IMG/VR virus record: IMGVR_UViG_3300044678_002654
Coordinates: 1 to 64,000 of that record
DNA length: 64,000 nucleotides
From: a virus
Direction: 5' to 3' (one strand)
A program made the translations under genes and the position numbers. The first letter of the stretch is position 1. Each line of letters opens with the position of its first letter. The notes under the pieces were generated by a model that was not told the origin of the DNA, made no database searches, and was given only the letters and a program-made list of their open reading frames with translations. Of the stretch, positions 29,401 through 37,886 are shown one piece after another.

Positions 29401-30116
29401 CGTGAGCTGTGCTCGATGCCCGCGCCGTAGGCACGCAGGTTTACGGCAGGAGCCATCACGTGGTCCATGACCGCGTTCTGGCCCCAGAGCCCGCCACCAA
29501 GGAACTCGGTCGCAGCGGCGCCTGCGGCTGCTCCGATTCCGCCCATTCCGAAGCGTCGACCGATGAGGCCGCCTACGGCACCGCCGATTGCGTCAGCGCC
29601 GAGGCGTCCGAAGAGTCCAGCCGTGCTTGTCGCACCACGGAAGACCCTGTCCTGCGTGGCCTGCTCCTGCCCTTGGAGCGCCTGAAATGGCGTCTCAAAG
29701 TAGGACGGCGCGGGCGACGGGCCGAAGAACGGTGACATCCTCCCCTGTGGTCCCGCATAAGCCGGAGGCGGCTGTGGCACGGCGGGGCCATAGAGGCGCG
29801 GCGTCGACGGGAACATCGACCCGAGGCCCATCGGCGCGTACGGGTTGTACGGCGCCGACTGCATCCCAGGCATCATGACCCCTGTGGGGCCTTGGGTCAT
29901 GATCGGGCTGTTGGTGAATGTCTGCCACTGCTGCGTCGGAAAAACGCCAGCGCCGAACCCCCCTTGGCCGCCAAAGGCCATGTTCGAGCTGATCTGCCCA
30001 GGGAAGATCAGCGGATTGGACGGGGGCGTGTAGCTCACCCCCGACAAACCCGGTGACGGGCCGATCTGTGGGAGGACTCCAGCGGCGTCCTGCATCGGGT
30101 TGAATGGGGGAGGCAT
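26478..30116 (-). CDS. tape measure-like protein
   Basis: 1212 aa, G/A/M/R-rich and helical with glycine-zipper segments; follows a chaperone gene pair. Confidence 0.7.
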   Translation of the reverse strand: MPPPFNPMQDAAGVLPQIGPSPGLSGVSYTPPSNPLIFPGQISSNMAFGGQGGFGAGVFPTQQWQTFTNSPIMTQGPTGVMMPGMQSAPYNPYAPMGLGSMFPSTPRLYGPAVPQPPPAYAGPQGRMSPFFGPSPAPSYFETPFQALQGQEQATQDRVFRGATSTAGLFGRLGADAIGGAVGGLIGRRFGMGGIGAAAGAAATEFLGGGLWGQNAVMDHVMAPAVNLRAYGAGIEHSSRGFVNGGEFGHQSGSGLSHMASLRTARMLEDLSGSSRFQADTQEKFNRSDVMKISQLGGREGLLNGAQSPDQIVSRVRDLSKSLSVFMELANEPDVQRAIETMGRMQSSGLNLSETMRAVGNGRAWARMAGTSFEQMSAVGGALGSQTYGAMGLSQGLGYQAGMGNYALARSAQLTGAVSPQMMSMMGGHEGLSNLSNMFSASFLQMPMLAPGMMNGRGGLDLGRMRGLIGGSANVFDMPGHGVGALSGMTGSMGIEGLGLAIGAQPLLQDTIGRAMEAQGPFARRGMEDRQIMGFANRMGHRGAAGFIMAGQAMGLDRTQSLARAQELGSGDYYDRQHDQVESLRRERRAVELRNIEALRPGIGDDIASESAVFGAGRQGYRNAREGLRQGYDSLVHGSPYAGGSLGSVQSRERYENYTRDNVDSLLRNPVSRGESSLSWGSRFQADRAIYQASGAAGLLAGAGSAISATFGSDATRAEEIRNMQRLGRTGQRLLYSSNDEVMAARGAVGRDGVDERMLTGFGMHLGNAASEAQSGLGGTVVGGAANMAVRAGVRHFTYGIADSGNVTGGRIMSQAQIRAAFTRSAAEQGWDRGRADQYFDEHSSQLTQAASLDARAYMDERGLARMNDAIQIGQRLRTGGGSDVEADERRVYGRLLGDGANDVYRRRAMDTLSDTSEGVGRGETQTRSRNALTVIRALQAQRQSTGGGEQGELANRRIREVQETLFRNGNLSEEEKNAFRAQMQITNNAQRNDNATQRAGADMLRRNVSGAQLLDDQTAVDTGSISRRYQHRLGLGAESLAQEGGFNAHLYEGVTEQDPSRLQQNIARIAGNQDLLSQASGSQRRLIEAANRGDRSALSQLAGAAERRGRTGESAERRYNSTWYGRLFSLDQSVFDDKEDFARREMARGTGSDRDASRSESAINDTQNEARGMGVGGQMDQLAEVTRNLRDVTRQLASVVEGNSMQNLMGGG

Positions 30117-30130
30117 TGAAACGAAGTCTA

Positions 30131-30481
30131 CTACGTCGGCGGCGTGTACGTGAGCGCGGACATCTTCGCGTCAAGGCTCGCGTCAAGGAGGTTCCTCCGC
30201 TGATCGGCCGCTGCTTTGCGAGCGAGCCGATTTTGCACCGCGAGTTGCACGTCAGGGCGGTAGAAGTCCTGATGAACTTCGGCCTCGTAGAGCGCGAGCA
30301 TGCGCTCAACCTCTGAGAGCGCAGCGGGGTACGTCTGCGCAGGCTTCTCAGAGACGATCACCCGAGCCACCGCCATCAACGTGTGCACGAGGAGCGACGC
30401 GTGTTGCACGCGCTGGTTACGCTCTCGTACGAAAGACTCCTGGAGGACCATGTCTTCAAACGACCCCGGAGGGTGCAACAC
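30131..30481 (-). CDS. tail assembly chaperone, frameshift extension (T-like)
   Basis: No clear ATG or SD. The frame stays open upstream across the stop of the previous gene, in the -1 frame. Confidence 0.6.
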   Translation of the reverse strand: MLHPPGSFEDMVLQESFVRERNQRVQHASLLVHTLMAVARVIVSEKPAQTYPAALSEVERMLALYEAEVHQDFYRPDVQLAVQNRLARKAAADQRRNLLDASLDAKMSALTYTPPT

Positions 30482-30528
30482 GACGCCCCGGGCGAGGGCA
30501 GTCGCGGCGTTGATCCCTGCCGGGGCTG

Positions 30529-31191
30529 CTAGAAAGACCCTACGGCCCCGTTGGAAAGGGCTGCGTGGCTGATCGTCTTGAAGTGCGCGAAGACCCGCTG
30601 GACGTGCGGGAGCACTTCCTCAGGGATCGTGCCCACGAAGGCGAGGCGCTTGGCGTGCAGATCGTCGACGACCTTCGGGTCAGGCCCGCGAGGCGGGAAC
30701 TCGAAGGTGATGTTCTCTTCCCCGTTGTCGAAGGCGGCGAGCGACCCGGCGAGGTCGTTCTGGTTCTGCACGATGTCAACCGTGTCGTTCATGACCTGCG
30801 ACGGGAGCTGCTCAATCGCCCGAAGGACGCGCCGACGGTGGTCAGGACCTGCCGTGCGGAAGGTCACCGTCACGAGGCCACCCCAGAGCTTGTAGCTCTT
30901 GGCGTAGTAGCCCTTGCGAATGATCGCGAGCTGGATCGCTCGCGCGTCCTCCAGGCTAAGGTTGCACTGCTGAAGGATGCGGTGCCACTGCTCATCGGGG
31001 GTGAGCTTGGCCCACGCCTCTGGCGTGATGCCCTCCACAGGCGGCTTCGGGAGAGGCGCCGCCTCAGTCGGCTTCACGTCCTCCGCAGGTCGCTGCTTGT
31101 TCTCGGTTGTCTTGTCGCTGCCGACCAACCGCGCCGCGAGCTCGTCCGCGTCGTCGAGGTCGCCCGCCGTGATCAGGGGTCTGTTGCTCAT
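30529..31191 (-). CDS. tail assembly chaperone (G-like)
   Basis: Start MSNRPLIT at 31191 with a GGAGGAG SD; 220 aa ending GGG TCT TTC TAG. Confidence 0.65.
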   Translation of the reverse strand: MSNRPLITAGDLDDADELAARLVGSDKTTENKQRPAEDVKPTEAAPLPKPPVEGITPEAWAKLTPDEQWHRILQQCNLSLEDARAIQLAIIRKGYYAKSYKLWGGLVTVTFRTAGPDHRRRVLRAIEQLPSQVMNDTVDIVQNQNDLAGSLAAFDNGEENITFEFPPRGPDPKVVDDLHAKRLAFVGTIPEEVLPHVQRVFAHFKTISHAALSNGAVGSF

Positions 31192-31296
31192 GTGTAGAAA
31201 GACTCCTCCGCTTCTGGTAGAAGCTAATACGCGCAACGAGTGTAGGAGGCAACGGACTTGTTGTTGCCGCACGTTCACGCAGTGAAAGGGAGTTTG

Positions 31297-33375
31297 ATGT
31301 CCTCCACGATTGTCTGGCTCGAAGAGCCCGGGCGCGGCCTCGTCAAGAGCGCCCGCCCTGGCCAGATCCGAATGGCCACCTACGTCGCCAAGGTGGCCGA
31401 AGAGAAGGGTGTCGCGATCATTCAGGCCGGCACCGGTACCGGCAAGAGCCTCGGGGCGCTCGTCCCGGTGGTGGCCTCCGACAAGGTCAAGAGGGTCATC
31501 TACTCGACCGGCAAGAAGACCCTTCAGGCGCAGGTCATGCACGACTTGCACGATGTCTGCGAGAAGGTCCGCCCCCGTCTTTTTGGCAAGCGGCTCGGGA
31601 AGGGCAACTACGTCTGTCAGTTGCGCCTGACCGAATTTCTCGCGGGCGGTAACACGCGCTTCGACGCCGAGCAGATCGAGAGGTTCGCGGCGTGGGTAGG
31701 GTCGACGCCTTATGACGAGATCGCCGAGTTCGGCGAGCCGGTCCCCTTCGACTACGCGATCCGTGTCAATGAGTGCTTGAAGCACCAGTGCCCGCAGCGC
31801 AAGGAGTGCGGATTTCTCACGTCCATCGCGGACGCCCGCAACGCAGAGGTTCTGGTGGTCAATCACGCGCTGCTCGCGTTCGACCTCTCCACGGGTGGCG
31901 GCAAGATCCTCGGCCCGTACGACATGGTCATCATCGACGAAGCTCACCAAGCGCCGGAGGCGTTTCGGAGCGCCTACACGCTCCGGTGGCACCCCGCGCA
32001 AGCACGCTTCATCGAGAACGGCATGCGCGTCGACGCCCGGCTTCACTTCCCTTCAGATCTGCATGCGATCTACGAAGAGACTGGCTCGCGGCTCGACGAC
32101 ACGCGCCCCGGTCGTACGCAGATCCTCGGTACGCCGCTCGAAGACCTCTTCCGAGAGACGCACGAGCGAGTCGAAGACATCAAGGCGCAGTTCATCGACT
32201 TCGGTCTCTGGTCCGACGGCGCTGAAGAGAGTGACGATGAGGGCGAGGAGGAGCGCGAGCTTTCTCCTGAAGAAGCGCGTGAACGCGCCCGAGTCCGTGC
32301 GACGGCCGCCAACGTGGCTCGCCTGGAAAAGCTCTGCAAGGTTCTCCTCTCGGACCCGCAGACGCAGTACGATCCTGTGACGCTCGACGCGCTCCCGAGG
32401 GCGGCCGAGGGGATCGAGTACCTCACCTACGTCTCGCGCGCCTTTGGAAAGGACGATGGCAGCGAGCTCAACGTTACGCCCATCGAAATCGGTCCGTTGG
32501 TCGCCCCGGCGCTGCGGAAAGTCGGTCGTGTCGTTCTGACGAGCGCGACCATCGCTACGGGGAAGAACCTCGATTCCTGCTTCGAGTACACCCTGCGGGA
32601 GTTCGGCCTCTCGGAGCGCGATCTCGTCGCCAAGGACATCGTCTCGTCTCCCTTCGACTACAAGCAATGCTCGGTGCTCTACGTGGACCGGGAGGCGCCC
32701 CTCAAGCCGGACACCTATTCCTCCAACAAGACCGACGCGAAGATCGCGATGGGCGAGTGGTACGAGGACATGGGCGCACGGATGCACGAGTTGCTCGAAG
32801 CCTCTCGTGGTGGAGCCTTCATCCTCTGCGCTTCGCGGGAAGACCTCGAAGGCTTCGCGGATGCGCTGCGCCAGTACGAGGGCGCAGCCTACCGGGTCGG
32901 CGTTCAGGAGAAGTCAGACGACGGCGCAGTCAAGTGGTTCAAGGAGGACCGCACCTCGGTGCTCATCGGGCTCAAGGCGCTCTGGGAGGGCGTCGATGTC
33001 CCGGGCATGGGCCTGCGCATGATCATCGTCCCCCGCCTGCCTTTCCCGAATCGCGGGGACACGCTCCTCACTGCTCGCAAGGAGCGGTACGAGAAGCATC
33101 TTCGCCGGCAAGGCATGGACGACACCAAGATCGGCTACCAGACCTTCACGGCGTTCGACGTGAACATCGCCGCCCGCGAGCTCGCGCAGGGGTTCGGTCG
33201 TCTCATTCGCCGGCAGGGCGACATGGGCATCGGCGTGTGCCTGGACCCCCGTCTCGTCACCAAGGCGTACGGCGGCATCCTGCGCTCCTCGATCCCGTTG
33301 CCTCTTCAAGACAAGCAGGACAAGGCTCGAATCCTGAACCTCGCGCGAACGTTCGCGCGAGGCGCACTTGGCTGA
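31297..33375 (+). CDS. dinG: DinG/YoaA family ATP-dependent helicase (Fe-S type)
   Basis: RPGQ Q-motif, AGTGTGKS, four Cys for an Fe-S cluster, IIDEAHQ, TSAT, WEGVDVPG and QGFGRLIR. Confidence 0.9.
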   Translation: MSSTIVWLEEPGRGLVKSARPGQIRMATYVAKVAEEKGVAIIQAGTGTGKSLGALVPVVASDKVKRVIYSTGKKTLQAQVMHDLHDVCEKVRPRLFGKRLGKGNYVCQLRLTEFLAGGNTRFDAEQIERFAAWVGSTPYDEIAEFGEPVPFDYAIRVNECLKHQCPQRKECGFLTSIADARNAEVLVVNHALLAFDLSTGGGKILGPYDMVIIDEAHQAPEAFRSAYTLRWHPAQARFIENGMRVDARLHFPSDLHAIYEETGSRLDDTRPGRTQILGTPLEDLFRETHERVEDIKAQFIDFGLWSDGAEESDDEGEEERELSPEEARERARVRATAANVARLEKLCKVLLSDPQTQYDPVTLDALPRAAEGIEYLTYVSRAFGKDDGSELNVTPIEIGPLVAPALRKVGRVVLTSATIATGKNLDSCFEYTLREFGLSERDLVAKDIVSSPFDYKQCSVLYVDREAPLKPDTYSSNKTDAKIAMGEWYEDMGARMHELLEASRGGAFILCASREDLEGFADALRQYEGAAYRVGVQEKSDDGAVKWFKEDRTSVLIGLKALWEGVDVPGMGLRMIIVPRLPFPNRGDTLLTARKERYEKHLRRQGMDDTKIGYQTFTAFDVNIAARELAQGFGRLIRRQGDMGIGVCLDPRLVTKAYGGILRSSIPLPLQDKQDKARILNLARTFARGALG

Positions 33376-33442
33376 ATCACTTCACCGCGTGAAAACACGC
33401 GTCACTTGCTACTGAGGGTCTTAGCCCGTACGTTTCACCCCG

Positions 33443-33913
33443 ATGCTTCCTTCTTCTTTCGCCGACGTCCCCCCGCGAGTCGACACTGCCACTTGCACGG
33501 TCTGCCGGGAGCGCTTCGCCCCCGGTGACCGGGCGGCAGACGTGAAGATCGTGGCGGGCATCGGCAGGCATCCCCATCACGGTCGCCCCACTGCTTTCGT
33601 CAACGAAGACGAGTACAACGAGCGAGCGCACGTAGACTGCCGTAACCGGCAGCTCGCGAGCCCAAGGATCTTCATGCCGCCTCCCACTTCCTCTGTCGGT
33701 CAGCCTGACGTTCGGGACAGCGATGCGCGCTGCCCTGTCTGCGGCAACGCCTTCCGACGCGGTGATCGCATCGTCAGCGTGACGGTCGTGATCGGTGTCG
33801 AAAAAGACCCGGAGACCAAGCGACCTGCTGCCAAGTGCTACACGGAGCAGGAGCACGTTCACTTCAACTGCCGCGACCCGCAGCTCGTGACAGGCGTCCT
33901 GGTGATCTCATGA
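33443..33913 (+). CDS. duplicated zinc-finger protein
   Basis: Two internal repeats of CxxC...FxxGDR...HxxC. Confidence 0.7.
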   Translation: MLPSSFADVPPRVDTATCTVCRERFAPGDRAADVKIVAGIGRHPHHGRPTAFVNEDEYNERAHVDCRNRQLASPRIFMPPPTSSVGQPDVRDSDARCPVCGNAFRRGDRIVSVTVVIGVEKDPETKRPAAKCYTEQEHVHFNCRDPQLVTGVLVIS

Positions 33914-34404
33914 GGGGCGTCTCGAAGAACCCGCTCGCCGACGACCTCGACGACCGACCCAAAGAGGTCGAGAAAGACAAGGGGTTCATCCCTGAGTTTG
34001 CGCTGCCTGTCACGGTGCAACGGCGCACCGCGATCTTCGAGGGACGTGGCTACAACATCCACGTCGCCGTGAAGCGCCCAGACCCGGAGCTCGGCCTGGA
34101 GACAATCGCCCGCGCCATCCTCGGTGAAGCGATCCTTCAGTCCCTACCGGCCAATCGACGCGGCGATGTTTTCGCAGAGCTCGAACATCAGAGCATCTAT
34201 CGCACTGAGCCAGCAGGGCCGAAGGTGACCCTCGCCCTCGGCGATCTCACGCTCTACGCCGCCGCGAGCTCGTCTGACCTCGCGCTCGCGCAGAAGATGG
34301 CGGTGGACCGGTTGGCGCTGGCGCTCTCAACTCTTCGGCTCAAGTTCTCTGGTGCGAAGGCGGCCTTCGACAAGTACGAAGTGTCCATGTCGCGCAGGGC
34401 TTAG
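33910..34404 (+). CDS. hypothetical protein
   Basis: ATGA overlap with the previous gene. Confidence 0.65.
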   Translation: MRGVSKNPLADDLDDRPKEVEKDKGFIPEFALPVTVQRRTAIFEGRGYNIHVAVKRPDPELGLETIARAILGEAILQSLPANRRGDVFAELEHQSIYRTEPAGPKVTLALGDLTLYAAASSSDLALAQKMAVDRLALALSTLRLKFSGAKAAFDKYEVSMSRRA

Positions 34405-34413
34405 GATCAGGCC

Positions 34414-34653
34414 ATGGATTTCCCCTGCAAAGAGTGCGTTCACTTCGACCAGCAGCACAAGAACGTCAACGGGGTGCAGCAGCCCGCGTGGTACGGGCAC
34501 TGTGCGCGGCTCTCCGTCTACCCCCACCAGGAGCTCGAAGGCCAGACCTTCCCTCCGGGTGCTCGTCGCGCGGAGCGTGGCCAGCTCGGCAAGATGGTCA
34601 TCGTCGAGCCTGACGTGCGGAAGCCCAACTGCAACGAGGGTGTTCACAAGTGA
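34414..34653 (+). CDS. small Cys-rich hypothetical protein
   Basis: CKECVHF...GHC...C; TAGGAT 6 nt before the ATG. Confidence 0.6.
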   Translation: MDFPCKECVHFDQQHKNVNGVQQPAWYGHCARLSVYPHQELEGQTFPPGARRAERGQLGKMVIVEPDVRKPNCNEGVHK

Positions 34654-35021
34654 GCGAAAGCCTCCGCGTCACTCGACGCAGCGACCAATCCCTCGAAAAG
34701 GCGTACAAGCACCTGGAGAAGAGTCCTGTGTCGGCTACGTCGGAGGCGCCGCTTCCTGAGGATGTCGTTGCCCATGAGGCCAAGAGGGACCCCTGGGCCT
34801 GGGGCGTATGGGCCTCGATCCGCTTCACGGGCTTCCTCAAGATGCTCAACAAGCAGAACGCGGCCGTAACGGTGCACCAGCTCATGTTCGCGTTGGAGCT
34901 GACGGCGCTCAACTGGTTCAACGCCGAGGGCCTTCCGTTGACGCCTGACGAGCTCAAACGGACCAAGGCTGCTGCGCGCGAGTACTATCTTCGCGGCATC
35001 CGCGAAGGCGCCAAGCCCTGA
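34650..35021 (+). CDS. hypothetical protein
   Basis: 123 aa, GTGA overlap. Confidence 0.65.
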   Translation: MSESLRVTRRSDQSLEKAYKHLEKSPVSATSEAPLPEDVVAHEAKRDPWAWGVWASIRFTGFLKMLNKQNAAVTVHQLMFALELTALNWFNAEGLPLTPDELKRTKAAAREYYLRGIREGAKP

Positions 35022-35022
35022 G

Positions 35023-35307
35023 ATGCACCACGCGGACTACAGCTTCCTCCTGGCGCGCGCGAAGCTCGTTGAGGGCTACGCCGAACGCGCGCGGCTGCAA
35101 GGCGAGGAATACCACCCCTGTGTGCGCTTCACACCGCTCTCAACGGGTGGGCACGCGCGCATGCTGATCGTGGACGGACGCCTGCGCCTCAAGGTAAAGG
35201 GGTGCGACGGCGAGGCTGAAGCGAAGAGCATCTTCGGTGACGCCTTCGAGGTGGACGGCGACGAGTACGTCGGCGCCGTCCCTACGAAAACATTCTTCAC
35301 CGGGTGA
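35023..35307 (+). CDS. hypothetical protein
   Basis: 94 aa; its stop codon lies inside a palindrome copy. Confidence 0.6.
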   Translation: MHHADYSFLLARAKLVEGYAERARLQGEEYHPCVRFTPLSTGGHARMLIVDGRLRLKVKGCDGEAEAKSIFGDAFEVDGDEYVGAVPTKTFFTG

Positions 35308-35311
35308 AACA

Positions 35312-35920
35312 GTGACAGTACGCGGAGTGGTGTTCGTCAGCAAGACGGGCCGCACAAAGCCTTGCTACGTGGAAGACGAGGACATTCACACGATCAGTGA
35401 GTCCGAGAACCCGTACGTCGACGCGGTCAAGATCGCGGCGAAGCTCTTGAACAAGCCTCGTCTCAAGAACTTCAACCCCTTCTTGCACATCAAGGTCGAC
35501 GGCCTCGCCCTGCACGATGACAAGGTCTACACGAGGGTGCGTTGGCCGACGCCCGCCTTCTTCTGGCGGGCCATCGACCGCCACAAGGCGATGACCTCGG
35601 CCGAACTCGTCACCGACCTCCACCATGACTACCTCGTGCTCCGTAGCGCGATGAACTGTTGGTTGGACGACGCGAAGAAGGTCCACCTCGTCATGACCGA
35701 TGAGCGCCGGGACGCCCTACAGGACATCGTCGGCGCGGTCCTACCGCTGCTCTCGGAGGTTGGGGCGTCAGATGCAGACCGTGAGATAATCTACAAGGAC
35801 GCGGCTCTCTGTCTGTGGATGAGCGTGCAGAAGAATCTGCCGCTTGATGAGGCGCGGACGCGGTCGCTCGACCGAGTGCTCTCGCTGCTGGACGACACGC
35901 TGGTCAGTCCAGGAGCTTGA
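35312..35920 (+). CDS. hypothetical protein
   Basis: About 200 aa; start uncertain (GTG 35312 chosen). Confidence 0.6.
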   Translation: MTVRGVVFVSKTGRTKPCYVEDEDIHTISESENPYVDAVKIAAKLLNKPRLKNFNPFLHIKVDGLALHDDKVYTRVRWPTPAFFWRAIDRHKAMTSAELVTDLHHDYLVLRSAMNCWLDDAKKVHLVMTDERRDALQDIVGAVLPLLSEVGASDADREIIYKDAALCLWMSVQKNLPLDEARTRSLDRVLSLLDDTLVSPGA

Positions 35921-36287
35921 CCTCGCCCTTCTCGTCGGTCTTCGACTCGATGAGCGACATGAGGTCTCCCCGCAGCTTCTCGTCCTGAAGGACGCGCTTC
36001 ACGGCCGGCGAGACAGGCAGGGCGGCCCAGACCTCGTCCGGGAGCTTGCCCGCACGACGCTGCGCGAGGCGCTGCAACAGCAGCAGGTTCTTCGAGATGT
36101 CCAGGCCGTTGGTCTTGGCGAACTCGACGAGGTACGCGAGCTTGGGGCGCTGCTGCGCCCACGCGTGCCACTGCGCCGGGGTCCGCTTGCGGAACGCGAG
36201 GGAGATGACGGCGCTCAGCGCCGGCCAGAAGACCCAGGCGAGGAGCACCTCGTGATGCGTGAGGAAGAATTGAAGTAGGGCGTTCAT
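35904..36287 (-). CDS. membrane protein (possible holin)
   Basis: One N-terminal TM segment (VLLAWVFWPALSAVISLAF) and a charged C-terminus; TACCCT 6 nt before the ATG. Confidence 0.55.
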   Translation of the reverse strand: MNALLQFFLTHHEVLLAWVFWPALSAVISLAFRKRTPAQWHAWAQQRPKLAYLVEFAKTNGLDISKNLLLLQRLAQRRAGKLPDEVWAALPVSPAVKRVLQDEKLRGDLMSLIESKTDEKGEVKLLD

Positions 36288-36342
36288 GCCTGAAGGGTAG
36301 GTTCACTCCGTGAAACTGATCCCAAAAGCGGAGGTGCGTTCG

Positions 36343-36361
36343 GGTATAAGAACATGTCCAG
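36343..36361 (+). promoter_or_regulatory. repeated promoter-like motif GGTATAAGAACRTGTCCAG (copy 1)
   Basis: 18/19 identical to 46448-46466; intergenic, upstream of a plus-strand unit. Confidence 0.65.
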
Positions 36362-36395
36362 GTCCTGTGCCTCGGACGAAAGGAGGACCAACCAC

Positions 36396-36473
36396 ATGGT
36401 CTTCAAGATCAGCCCTGCATTGGTCGCTTTTCTCGTTCTGGTATGGCTCTGGATCAACAAGAAGGTGAACTAA
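36396..36473 (+). CDS. 25-aa hydrophobic peptide MVFKISPALVAFLVLVWLWINKKVN
   Basis: Strong AGGAGG SD at 36381; its TAA overlaps the next ATG. Not in the ORF track. Confidence 0.6.
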   Translation: MVFKISPALVAFLVLVWLWINKKVN

Positions 36474-37051
36474 TGAAGTACTCACAGATCATCAGCGCCG
36501 CCTCCGCGATCGTCTCCAATCTCGCCGCCAATCCCCCGCAGAAGTTCTCCGGCCTCGTCGCGTCCATCAACCGCGAGCTCGACCTGCTCGGGGTCGCCTT
36601 CGAAGGGCGACGATACGTCTGCGCGGCCATCGCGCAGGAGGCCCGCTCGCGCGCACTCGGCGTCGCGCCACCAGCGTCGAAGGTTCTCCGCAAGGTGGCG
36701 GCCTACGCCTACGACGCCCACGACGAGTGGGCCGCTGCCGGGTTCTTCCTGTGTGGGTCCGCCCGCAGGGCGACGCAGGAGGAGCTGGACATGAGGCGAA
36801 TGCGCGAGAACATGATCGCCGACTACGTCGAGGGTGCGATCCAGGTCGTCGGCGCCATGCGTGACGTGGTGAGCGTCAGCGTCAACGTCGCCCCGGCGAT
36901 CGTCAACGCACAGGTCATCGTGCCGGCGGAGGCGGTCAAGCGCCGCGTCGATGCCAAGGCCGCCACGCTGGAGGCGCCGACCAAGCCCGACGACGCGCCC
37001 GCCGCGTCCACCGCGTCTCCCCTCCCCGCCTCCACGCCCGCCACAGCCTGA
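36473..37051 (+). CDS. hypothetical protein, Ala-rich
   Basis: 192 aa from ATG 36473, strong codon bias. Confidence 0.65.
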   Translation: MKYSQIISAASAIVSNLAANPPQKFSGLVASINRELDLLGVAFEGRRYVCAAIAQEARSRALGVAPPASKVLRKVAAYAYDAHDEWAAAGFFLCGSARRATQEELDMRRMRENMIADYVEGAIQVVGAMRDVVSVSVNVAPAIVNAQVIVPAEAVKRRVDAKAATLEAPTKPDDAPAASTASPLPASTPATA

Positions 37052-37080
37052 CCCACGCCTCCACCGCACAACCTGACGCA

Positions 37081-37121
37081 CAGCCAATCCGCCCCACCGG
37101 GCGGGGTCGCTGTTCGTTTTT
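37081..37121 (+). terminator. putative intrinsic terminator
   Basis: CCGCCC-CACC-GGGCGG hairpin followed by GTTCGTTTTT. Confidence 0.45.
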
Positions 37122-37138
37122 CCCTCCGAGGAACAACC

Positions 37139-37387
37139 ATGAGTGAGCCCATCGACGAAGCAAAGCTGATCCGAGCCGCCTGCAACGCCATCAACTCGGA
37201 TGGCAAGAGCACCCAGGAGCAGGCCATCCTGGACCTCAAGGCCGAGGTCGCCAAGGCCGACCCGGAGACGGTCAAGTCTGTGCTCAACGAGGTGACGATC
37301 GAGGAGGCCGTCGCCGCAGGCAAGACCGCTCTCGACGCCGGCAAGACCCTCTACGAGCTGGCCAAGAAGCTCGGGTGGATCAAGTGA
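37139..37387 (+). CDS. small hypothetical protein
   Basis: 82 aa with a GAGGA SD. Confidence 0.7.
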   Translation: MSEPIDEAKLIRAACNAINSDGKSTQEQAILDLKAEVAKADPETVKSVLNEVTIEEAVAAGKTALDAGKTLYELAKKLGWIK

Positions 37388-37617
37388 CCACCCGCGACGT
37401 AGAGGACATGAACGAGGCCGGCGCCGACCGCATCGAAGCGATCCCGCCTGAGCACAGCGGACTCGATCGAGACGAGCACGCCCTCGGCCTGCTCATCGAC
37501 CTGCGCCACTACTGCGATCGCCACGGTCTTTGTTTTGGCGACATTGACGGCAAGGCTCATGACATCTACACGAACGAGATCGCAGGCCGTCGTGCGTGCA
37601 AAAGCGGGAAGAAGTAA
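37384..37617 (+). CDS. small hypothetical protein (paralog of 62240-62503)
   Basis: LLIDLRHYCDRHGLCF motif. Confidence 0.6.
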   Translation: MTTRDVEDMNEAGADRIEAIPPEHSGLDRDEHALGLLIDLRHYCDRHGLCFGDIDGKAHDIYTNEIAGRRACKSGKK

Positions 37618-37808
37618 TGGACGAGTTCGACCAGGGAGAGCTCATCGTCAGTCGTCTTGACGGGAGAGGTCTCGACGAGCTTCAGCAGCGTCGCCTGATG
37701 GCCGCGTTCATCTGTGACCGTGGGCTCGCCGAACAGTTCGTCATGTGGCTCGACGACAACACGAAGCGCTGCCCGCCCGAGGCCCCGCCGCGCAGGAGTT
37801 GGCGATGA
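37617..37808 (+). CDS. small hypothetical protein
   Basis: TAATG coupling with the previous gene. Confidence 0.55.
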   Translation: MDEFDQGELIVSRLDGRGLDELQQRRLMAAFICDRGLAEQFVMWLDDNTKRCPPEAPPRRSWR

Positions 37809-37886
37809 GAGAAGGAGCCCCGATGAAGACCAGCCTCGCAGAAGGCAGGGGTACCGGGCGGTCAAGCTCTTGAACCGCGAACTGGC

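Noticed and set aside
31192-32046. N-terminal ~285 aa of the 505-aa minus ORF 30529-32046
   Set aside because: It overlaps dinG antisense. The real start is most likely ATG 31191, which has a GGAGGAG SD.
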